From: an uncultured Pseudomonadales bacterium
GTDB taxonomy: Bacteria; Patescibacteriota; Microgenomatia; UBA1400; PJMF01
Assembly (NCBI GenBank): GCA_964648715.1
Contig: CAZYNM010000006.1
Span: forward strand, 15,355-79,354
DNA: 64,000 bases
Direction: 5' to 3'
Under the pieces are notes generated by a model, which was given only the letters and a program-made list of their open reading frames with translations, did not search any database and was not told where the DNA came from. A program made the translations under genes and the position numbers. Positions 56,654-64,000 of this stretch are shown here, piece after piece. Position 1 is the first letter of the stretch. Each line of letters starts with the position of its first letter.

Positions 56654-58042
56654 TTAGCGCTCAATGAGAGGGATCATGACCCGGTTGCCCCACACATCAA
56701 TCAGAATGCTCACATACGTGAATGCTTCGGGGTTGAGGCTCAAAAAGGCACGCATTGGGAAGACACCGGCCTGATTGGGGATGAGGTGTAGGCGGAATTG
56801 ATGGTAGCCCTTGTCTAGGATGCACAATGTTCTTGTGTCATCCCAGTCAAAGCAGATGTTCTCTTGCTGAGGCGTAAGCACGTGCTTTCCATCGGAAACG
56901 AGGACCGCGCGTTTTTCACCTGTCGGGTGGCTGAAAAAGCCCACCTGGCCACAATCGCCAAATGCTGACATGTCAACCCACAGCATTGTGTCCACAACGG
57001 CCGGGAAGCTGTGTGCTAAGCTCATGGAGCAGATGGGGATGATGGGGTCGTCGCCGGGCGTGCCATCATTGGGATCCAAGAAGTCGGGGACGCCGTCATT
57101 GTCGGTGTCCTGGCATGGGAGTGATGGGCATTCAGTCGCATCGGGTTTACCATCGCCGTCGCTGTCCAGGTCGTTGCTATTAGGCGCGCCGTCACCATCA
57201 GTGTCGGTATTCCCTTCATATTGATCAGGAATGCCGTCGCCGTCGGTATCGTCAATGGGCCAGACTGTACTAATGGCGCCGCTGACTTGGCTACCCATGT
57301 ACAGGTAATCTTGGCGATCCTGTGTCGTTGAATCCAGCGTGGAGACGACAATTTTGATCTTATCCACGCCAGGCTTCAAGCCCTGGATATCCCAGGACTT
57401 GAGATCAAGCGTCTGCGTATACTCAACACTTGCTGGTCGTACGATATCAACGCGCGGTGTTGGTTCGTTGTTGACGAAGACGCGGTAGCTAATCGGCGCA
57501 GGTGAGGCCGTGTTGTATGCGCCAAACCAGCAGCCCTTCACTTCCGCGCCAATGACAAAAAACTCTTCTTCGTACTGCTCTACTCGGCTTTTGAAGGCGG
57601 GATCGCCCAAGGCAACTGGGTGAAACCGCGTAGCGGCGCCACTTGTTGTCCACAGCATCCACAAACTGTCGGGGCCGGTGCTGGTGCTGACGGCAATTTG
57701 TTTGGTGCCACTGATTTGCGGCGCAGACCAAACATTCGCGGTTGCATACGCAGTTTTGGTGATGCTTTGGCCGTTAATGACGATAGTCATATCATCATCT
57801 CCAGCCAAGATCGCCCCTGCATCCTTGGCGCTTTGTGCAATCTGCATCGTAAACTGCTGGTCATCGTCGTAATTCGATGGCAGCACGGCTCCCTTAACAG
57901 CAGCGTTGGCTGTCGCGCAGTCACGCACCGCCAATGGCGGCACTTCAACGAGCGGATCAGCATGCGCAATAGTTGAGAAAAACGCTATGCCGCAGAAGAT
58001 AGCGATCATAGCCAGAACAGTGAGTCTTTTTGTGTGACTCAT
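56654..58042 (-). CDS. Secreted protein with Ca-binding DxDxDG (TSP3-like) repeats
   Basis: Signal peptide (IAHA); DTDGDGIPD, DTDGDGAPN, DSDGDGKPD, DTDNDGVPD; ends GNRVMIPLIER. Confidence 0.75.
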   Translation of the reverse strand: MSHTKRLTVLAMIAIFCGIAFFSTIAHADPLVEVPPLAVRDCATANAAVKGAVLPSNYDDDQQFTMQIAQSAKDAGAILAGDDDMTIVINGQSITKTAYATANVWSAPQISGTKQIAVSTSTGPDSLWMLWTTSGAATRFHPVALGDPAFKSRVEQYEEEFFVIGAEVKGCWFGAYNTASPAPISYRVFVNNEPTPRVDIVRPASVEYTQTLDLKSWDIQGLKPGVDKIKIVVSTLDSTTQDRQDYLYMGSQVSGAISTVWPIDDTDGDGIPDQYEGNTDTDGDGAPNSNDLDSDGDGKPDATECPSLPCQDTDNDGVPDFLDPNDGTPGDDPIIPICSMSLAHSFPAVVDTMLWVDMSAFGDCGQVGFFSHPTGEKRAVLVSDGKHVLTPQQENICFDWDDTRTLCILDKGYHQFRLHLIPNQAGVFPMRAFLSLNPEAFTYVSILIDVWGNRVMIPLIER

Positions 58043-58225
58043 AGAAGACCTACTTTCTTGGAACAAAAAACAAACAGATATATTTGTAAAATCCTCAACA
58101 AGGATGATCAAAGTTTTTGTAGTACCTTGTTAAAGATCCCCCTGTGAGCGCCAGATAGAGGCGAGTTGCCTGTGCGGCGCTACACAAGAGATGTGTAGTA
58201 TAAGATGTAAAGGAAAAAATGAAAA

Positions 58226-59497
58226 CTAGCGCTTTTTACGTAAAAATGCGGGTACTTCAAACTCATCTTCAAATGTAACATCAGCAGTCGGCGTGGGTTG
58301 AGGTGCTGCCTTTTCTTCTGCTGGCTCATCTGCAAGGTTCAGTTGTTTCATGAAAGTGTGCTGGACTGGTTGCATAGGAACCGCCTGGGTCATGACTGGT
58401 TGAGTAAATCCTTGTGGAGCTCGGTCAATAACGGGCGGTTGAGGCTCGGTTGGTTCTTGGCGTTGTTGCGTACCAAGGCGACGCTGTGAATCCCTGCTAA
58501 ATGCACCAAACATGCCGCGAGAACTGCCATACCCCATTTGTGTTTCGTTGAATCCTGTAGCAATCACACTAATCTTGATTTTTGAACCCATCTCTTCGTT
58601 GATAGTGGCACCAAAGATGATGTTAGCATCGGGGTCTGCGGCTGCTGCGATGATGCTTGAGGCATCAGAGACTTCCGACATCGTCATGTCTGGCCCACCA
58701 ATAATGTTGAAGAGAATACCTTTGGCTCCGTCTATAGAAACTTCTAGGAGTGGTGATGCAACAGCTAAGCGTGCTGCTGTTGCTGCTCTGTTCTCACCAC
58801 TTGCTTCACCAATTCCCATGAGCGCTGAACCAGAATCACTCATGATGGTTTTGACATCGGCAAAATCCACATTGATAAGCCCAGGGACGGTGATGAGATC
58901 TGAGATACCTTGTACACCTTGACCCAGCACGTTGTCCGCCAGTCGGAAGGCATCGAGGAGCGTCATTTTCTTGTCAATGACATCCATCAAGCGTTGGTTA
59001 GGAATAACAATGAGAGTATCAACGTAGTCTTTAAGACCTGCAATGCCTTCTTCTGCGGCACGCATGCGGCGCATACCTTCAAAAATGAACGGTTTGGTAA
59101 CAACTGCTACCGTAAGTGCTCCAGACTCTTTGGCAATTTGCGCAATAATGGGAGAAGCGCCTGTCCCAGTACCACCACCCATACCAGCAGTAATAAAGAC
59201 CATATCTGTGTCAAAAAGTAACTCTTTGATCTTTTCAACTGATTCCTCGGCAGCAGCTCGACCTACTTCTGGATCTGCACCAGAACCAAGACCACGCGTG
59301 AAGTTGCTTCCAATTTGTAGTTTTGTGTCTGCTTTTGAAGTTAAGAGTGCCTGTGCATCAGTATTAACTGCAATGAACTCAACGCCTTGAATTTGATTAG
59401 ACGTGATCATGGAGTTAACTGCATTACCACCACCACCACCCACACCAATTACTTTGATTTTGGCAAATGTCGTATTTGATGGTTTGACCAAGGCCAT
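58226..59497 (-). CDS. ftsZ: Cell division protein FtsZ
   Basis: [26 protein letters not shown]-terminal EVPAFLR. Confidence 0.98.
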   Translation of the reverse strand: MALVKPSNTTFAKIKVIGVGGGGGNAVNSMITSNQIQGVEFIAVNTDAQALLTSKADTKLQIGSNFTRGLGSGADPEVGRAAAEESVEKIKELLFDTDMVFITAGMGGGTGTGASPIIAQIAKESGALTVAVVTKPFIFEGMRRMRAAEEGIAGLKDYVDTLIVIPNQRLMDVIDKKMTLLDAFRLADNVLGQGVQGISDLITVPGLINVDFADVKTIMSDSGSALMGIGEASGENRAATAARLAVASPLLEVSIDGAKGILFNIIGGPDMTMSEVSDASSIIAAAADPDANIIFGATINEEMGSKIKISVIATGFNETQMGYGSSRGMFGAFSRDSQRRLGTQQRQEPTEPQPPVIDRAPQGFTQPVMTQAVPMQPVQHTFMKQLNLADEPAEEKAAPQPTPTADVTFEDEFEVPAFLRKKR

Positions 59498-59562
59498 AGG
59501 TTCTTTCCGGTTAAAGCGAGTGTACCACGTCTTTTTTGAGAATCAACATGAGGGAACGTGCT

Positions 59563-60867
59563 TCACGGCATCATTGACTTAATAAACTGTATACCTTTTT
59601 GGACTACTTTGCTCAGTGATGCACCCTTGAACAGCGATGCAACGGAGAAATGAGCCTGTGTTACTTCTCCACCCTGCTCTCTCCCATACTGCAGTAAACC
59701 AATACTGGTGGCAAATGATGGTTTATGAATATCACCCGTCAAGCCTAGAAGCTCAATGGGAACACCAAGACGTGCTGGAAGTTTGAGCTCATGCTTTGCA
59801 ACTTCTAAGATTTCTGCCGTTTCTGCTCCACCGCCGGTTAATACCACACCAGCTGGAATATTTTTGAGAATATCATGTGCACTTAGTTTTTCGGCAACCA
59901 GTGAGAATATTTCTTGCATACGGGGGACCATAATGCCATCGACAACTGTTCTCTTGGACAGTACTTCTGAACTTTGACCATTGGTAAACTCTTCAAGTTT
60001 AAGTTCATCAGCTTTTTTACGACGTTCATTAAATTCAACCTTTGTTTCTCCAGGTTGCGCTTTGAGTGCTTCAGGCTTTTCGTGCGAGAGGGCAACTTTT
60101 ACTTTCTCCGCAACATCAATACTTACTCTGCAGCCAAGTGCAATGTCCTGGGTGATGTGACGCGCACCAATAGGAAGTGAAGCAGAATATTTAAGTGCGC
60201 CATCAACATATGCTGAGACAGACGTAGTGCCTGCCCCAATGTCTATGAGTGCGACACCAAGTTCTTTTTCGGTATCGGAAAGAGTGACTTTCGCAGCTGC
60301 TAAACCAGAAAAGACAAAGCCACTTACTGTGAGCCCAATGTCCTCAATACATTTTTGAATGTTGCGTAAGGCTGTGGACATACCAGTAATAATGTGTGCC
60401 TCAGCCTCTAGGCGCACGCCTGTCATACCCACAGGGTCCTTAATACCTTCTTGCGAATCCACCTTGTAAAAATTGGGAATCACGTGGATAAGTTCTTTAT
60501 CTGAAGGAAGTGAGATGGCGCGAGCAGCCTCAATAACTCTGCTAACATCAGTGGGCATGATCTCTTGATCTGGGGAAGCCACTGCCACAACTCCTTTTGA
60601 GTTGAGTGAGGCTATATGTGAACCAGAAACGGAGACATACACAGAAGTTACCTCAATCCCAGCCATGCGTTCTGCACCATCCACACTCTCGGTAATTGTC
60701 TCCAGCACTTGCTCAAGATCAATGATAAGACTTTTCTTCATGCCTCGAGAAGGAACGGCAGATACACCTAAGACTTTGAGTTTTTTTGTATCTTTGTCTT
60801 CTTTGGCAATAAGGGTGACACACTTGTCTGTCCCTAGATCAATAGCCGTTACAATAGTTTCTGCCAT
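59563..60867 (-). CDS. ftsA: Cell division protein FtsA
   Basis: AIDLGTDK, IDIGAGTT, VLTGGG. Confidence 0.96.
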   Translation of the reverse strand: MAETIVTAIDLGTDKCVTLIAKEDKDTKKLKVLGVSAVPSRGMKKSLIIDLEQVLETITESVDGAERMAGIEVTSVYVSVSGSHIASLNSKGVVAVASPDQEIMPTDVSRVIEAARAISLPSDKELIHVIPNFYKVDSQEGIKDPVGMTGVRLEAEAHIITGMSTALRNIQKCIEDIGLTVSGFVFSGLAAAKVTLSDTEKELGVALIDIGAGTTSVSAYVDGALKYSASLPIGARHITQDIALGCRVSIDVAEKVKVALSHEKPEALKAQPGETKVEFNERRKKADELKLEEFTNGQSSEVLSKRTVVDGIMVPRMQEIFSLVAEKLSAHDILKNIPAGVVLTGGGAETAEILEVAKHELKLPARLGVPIELLGLTGDIHKPSFATSIGLLQYGREQGGEVTQAHFSVASLFKGASLSKVVQKGIQFIKSMMP

Positions 60868-60891
60868 AGGTCTATCCTTAGGATAGCAAAC

Positions 60892-61596
60892 TTACTGCTT
60901 CTTGCGTAGTACCGGGAGCTTGAAGCGGACATCAATTTCTTGGTAGCGTGTGCTCACCTCTCGATATTCTGCAGAACTGAGGATTTGCTGTAACTCAGCA
61001 AGGTGTATCGCCGTTTCTTGAATAGGAAGAAGTACGCGTGCTCCATCTTTCATGCTAACGCTGATTGTTTCATTGTCAAGCAACTCAATCTGAGTTGCTT
61101 GATTTGGCAGAGTGCTTTGCGCGAGTGTCCGCAGTGCAGTATGTAGTGCAGGTTGGAGAGTGGTGGGTGTGTGGATCAACTGGCTTGGTGCAAGTGCTGT
61201 ACTGATGCGTACCTCCGATTGACCTGTTGCCGCAAAGAGCATGCCGGAATCATTTACATCCCAACTCTGCTCTGAACTAATAAGTGTATATCGAATGGGT
61301 ACAGACTCTAGGTGGATAGTCACAGATCGTGGGAAGTGCTTCTGAATACTGGTAACAATAACTGAATGAGTTGCAAGCAGCTCTTGTGCTCTCTCCTGTA
61401 TATCAACAGCAATTAATGAACTACCACGCAGTGGTGATAGTGCATCATGCATACTAGCTAGGCAGGTAGCACCATCGTAGGTGCAGTCAATACGGGACAC
61501 TTGTAGTGTATACCAGCTCAATATGAGCATGATTGCCGCAAAGATGGTATATCCAAGACTGAGCCTGCGTGTATGGTGAACGGTATGCAGTTTCAT
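60892..61596 (-). CDS. ftsQ: FtsQ/DivIB-like protein
   Basis: Single TM, KHFP, C-terminal IDVRF; between murG and ftsA. Confidence 0.7.
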   Translation of the reverse strand: MKLHTVHHTRRLSLGYTIFAAIMLILSWYTLQVSRIDCTYDGATCLASMHDALSPLRGSSLIAVDIQERAQELLATHSVIVTSIQKHFPRSVTIHLESVPIRYTLISSEQSWDVNDSGMLFAATGQSEVRISTALAPSQLIHTPTTLQPALHTALRTLAQSTLPNQATQIELLDNETISVSMKDGARVLLPIQETAIHLAELQQILSSAEYREVSTRYQEIDVRFKLPVLRKKQ

Positions 61597-62717
61597 TGAG
61601 GTGCTGTTATGTGTTCTAGTGCAGCAAGAACCGTCGCCGGTGCTTCTGTGGGTACTTCAAGATCTTTGAGTCTTCTACGATAAGCCTTATGCTTACTTGC
61701 TACAAGGCCTATCTTATCAAGGAGTAGCTCTGCAGTTAGGTCTTTTTGTTCAATGATTTCTGCACCACCACTTTCTTTAAGCCATGCGGCATTCAAAAAT
61801 TGTTCATTATGATGGGAGAATGGTAAGGGAATAAGGATACTGGGTACTTGAAAGCTGGCTAGTTCTTGAACGGTGTTTGCCCCAGACCTTCCCACCACAA
61901 CAGTGGCATGATCATAGAGCCATCCCAATTCGTCGGCAGAAATCCACTCTTGAATAACATAGCGGTTTTGGTGCGAACGAGGTAAGCCTGCGCGAACTTG
62001 AGCTAGCTCAGAGGAATAACTGCGCAGTTGTGAGCTGCTCCCACACTGATGAATCACGACCCATTCCTTTACAAGTTTGGTAATTAATCGAGATACACAG
62101 GTATTAATAACTTCTGAGCCCTGACTCCCCCCAGTGATATAAAGAACTGGTAAGTTTTGTGGATTGTGGTACCAGCTGGGGGCAGAATCAGAGTGTTCCG
62201 TTAAGGAAGATCGGATAAGATTGCCCACAACTTCTGTTTTATGTTCTGGTAATTGACTTGCTGATTCCGGAAAAGACACAAAAATTCGTTTCGCGATAGG
62301 CGCTAAAGCTTTGGTGGCAAAGCCAATGCTACGTGTTTGTTCATGAGTAACTACGGGAATGCCCAGTACCCATGCCGCATAGCCCAGGGGAACCGCAAGA
62401 TAACTGCCAAAGGAAAGATAAATAGTTGGTTTTTCTTGTACAAAGTAATAGAGTGCGCGTACAAATGCAGTTACTGTATGCAGCGCCACAAAGAGCAGTT
62501 CAACTGGATTATATGAAGTAACTTTACCAGCACTAAATGGTATGAATGGGACTCCTCTTGCTTGTACTTCTTCAAGCTCGTGTGACGGTTGCCCAGTGAC
62601 TAGCTGTGCATGTTCTCGTCCAAAAAAAATACAAGAATGTGGTGCTTTCTGTTCTCGTAGATAATCAATAAATGCTAGTGCTGGAGTGAGGTGTCCTCCG
62701 GAAAGTGCAATTTTCAT
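61593..62717 (-). CDS. murG: MurG glycosyltransferase
   Basis: GGHLTP, HEQ, GGSQG, RSGANT, EQFLNA. Confidence 0.93.
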   Translation of the reverse strand: MKIALSGGHLTPALAFIDYLREQKAPHSCIFFGREHAQLVTGQPSHELEEVQARGVPFIPFSAGKVTSYNPVELLFVALHTVTAFVRALYYFVQEKPTIYLSFGSYLAVPLGYAAWVLGIPVVTHEQTRSIGFATKALAPIAKRIFVSFPESASQLPEHKTEVVGNLIRSSLTEHSDSAPSWYHNPQNLPVLYITGGSQGSEVINTCVSRLITKLVKEWVVIHQCGSSSQLRSYSSELAQVRAGLPRSHQNRYVIQEWISADELGWLYDHATVVVGRSGANTVQELASFQVPSILIPLPFSHHNEQFLNAAWLKESGGAEIIEQKDLTAELLLDKIGLVASKHKAYRRRLKDLEVPTEAPATVLAALEHITAPQ

Positions 62718-63796
62718 GGTTTTCGAGCAAGTCTAAACAGTATACCTGCGGCACAGAGTATCATGATGAGCGATGATCTTCCATAGGAGAAAAACGGCAG
62801 TGGCACACCGGTAAGTGGAACAAGACCGGTCACTGAACCAAGGTTGAGGAGTATCTGTACAAACAGCCAACTGCAGATTCCAACTGCCAAGAGCTTGAGT
62901 CCGAGGTCATCTTGTTTTTCTACTGTATGCCAGTAGGCATAGCTGCAGTAACCAACGAGGATTACAATAAGTACCGTTGATCCTACAAAACCCAGCTCTT
63001 CTGCTATGATCGCAAAGATAGAGTCAGTGCTTGCTTCAGGAATGTAGGCAAACTTTTGGCTCGAGTTACCCAAACCTTGACCAAACCAACCACCTCTGGC
63101 TAATGCGAGTGTAATCTGGTGCATATGAAAACTTGCGCCTAATGGGTCAGAATCTGGATTAAAAAAGGTTAAGAACCGCTCACGTCGATACGGTGACACA
63201 AGGATGAGGAGGAGCAGCAGTGGTATGCCTACAGCTCCAAGAGTAAAGAGCGCCTTAATCTGCCCGCCTGCAGCAAAATACACAGACAAAGCAATTCCTA
63301 CCAAAAGCAAAAACGAGCCAAGGTCTGGTTGCAACATAACCAGGATGCAGGGCAGAATGAGGGTGCCAATGAGTGACGCAAGTCGTTGGTGCGCTTGTAA
63401 CCATTGAGACAGGTATGCCACTATTCCCAATTTCATCAACTCAACTGGTTGGATGACTATTCCACCTAGAGAAAGCCAGCGGCGTGCGCCATTGAACTCC
63501 ATTCCAATGCCAGGAATAAGCACAATGACTAAACAAAAGAGCGCGGCCATATATAAGAGGTGCCCATATTTGACAATGTATTTGGGGGGGATATATGCGG
63601 CCACAGCAAATGCTACAAAGCCCAGTCCAGCTCCAATAAGTTGTTTCTTAAACAGAAAGAATTGATCACCAAAAGTAGTAAGACTTTCAGCACTTGAAGC
63701 TTCCAAAACAAAGACGCTGCCTACGAGTACTAAAAACAGTGTCCAGACTAACAACAGTACTGGATAGCCAGGTTTACTCAATAGAGGTGTTTTCAT
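62714..63796 (-). CDS. ftsW: Cell division SEDS protein FtsW
   Basis: NGARRW, QPVELMK, QPDLGS, IPEASTD, TGVPLPFFSYG; start ATG 63796. Confidence 0.92.
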   Translation of the reverse strand: MKTPLLSKPGYPVLLLVWTLFLVLVGSVFVLEASSAESLTTFGDQFFLFKKQLIGAGLGFVAFAVAAYIPPKYIVKYGHLLYMAALFCLVIVLIPGIGMEFNGARRWLSLGGIVIQPVELMKLGIVAYLSQWLQAHQRLASLIGTLILPCILVMLQPDLGSFLLLVGIALSVYFAAGGQIKALFTLGAVGIPLLLLLILVSPYRRERFLTFFNPDSDPLGASFHMHQITLALARGGWFGQGLGNSSQKFAYIPEASTDSIFAIIAEELGFVGSTVLIVILVGYCSYAYWHTVEKQDDLGLKLLAVGICSWLFVQILLNLGSVTGLVPLTGVPLPFFSYGRSSLIMILCAAGILFRLARKP

Positions 63797-64000
63797 CGCA
63801 AAGCTGTTAACCACACACCAAAGAGCGTGAGCAGAATCTGCACCAGCCAAGCACGTTGCACGATCTTAGGCTCTTCCCAGCCGTTTCGTTGCAAAGTGAG
63901 GTGTAACGGTGCGGCGGGAATAAGCTTACGGCCCAAGAAGCGTTTGCTCATAAGTTGTAAAAATGAAGTCGCGATTTCAATCACGAAGATGAATCCAATG
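63793..64000 (-). CDS. mraY: MraY C-terminal part (runs off window)
   Basis: APLHLTLQRNGWEEPKIVQRAW; immediately upstream of ftsW. Confidence 0.88.
   Translation of the reverse strand, partial: IGFIFVIEIATSFLQLMSKRFLGRKLIPAAPLHLTLQRNGWEEPKIVQRAWLVQILLTLFGVWLTALR

Noticed and set aside
57060-57255. Nucleotide repeats in the DxDxDG region as a DNA repeat element
   Set aside because: Explained by protein-level Ca-binding repeats; the copies are degenerate at the DNA level.
1-64000. A second VR or additional DGR target
   Set aside because: No other TR-like sequence or CLec GFRC motif seen by eye in this window; remote targets elsewhere cannot be excluded.
1-64000. CRISPR array or cas genes
   Set aside because: No regularly spaced repeats or Cas motifs seen.
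23787-64000. Alternative genetic code (TGA=Gly, as in Gracilibacteria/SR1)
   Set aside because: Core genes are full length in code 11, and TGA serves as the stop at conserved ends (dnaE, ileS, ftsA, ATGA overlaps).

Overview
Two-part window, most likely from a Patescibacteria/CPR (Microgenomates-like) genome using the standard genetic code; the taxonomy is inferred from gene content and protein style. Positions 1-~23675 are the right end of an AT-rich integrative conjugative element inserted at the 3' end of tRNA-Glu(TTC). It encodes a large serine recombinase, a VirD4-like coupling ATPase, a Replic_Relax relaxase, ArdC, and pilin/VirB6/PrgI/VirB4-like genes. It also carries a complete diversity-generating retroelement (DGR): avd, TR, structured spacer and RT. 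The 112-nt TR matches a VR with 14 mismatches, all at TR adenines. The VR is internal (aa ~374-411) in a 1530-aa surface protein, inside an FGE/CLec domain that appears to be inserted into a jelly-roll domain and followed by an FN3-like stalk. An MNT-HEPN toxin-antitoxin pair sits between the RT and the target gene, and a MacB-type ABC transporter and a receiver protein follow the target. Positions ~23676-64000 are host chromosome: rplS, pyrG, dnaE, gatCAB, htpX, lemA, three more tRNAs, glycosylation genes, lepB, parB, rpmA, rplU, rodA, ileS with an unusual short-Stem-I T-box, an AT-rich HEPN gene and the dcw cluster (mraY-ftsW-murG-ftsQ-ftsA-ftsZ). All product calls come from motif recognition by eye; no database searches were run.
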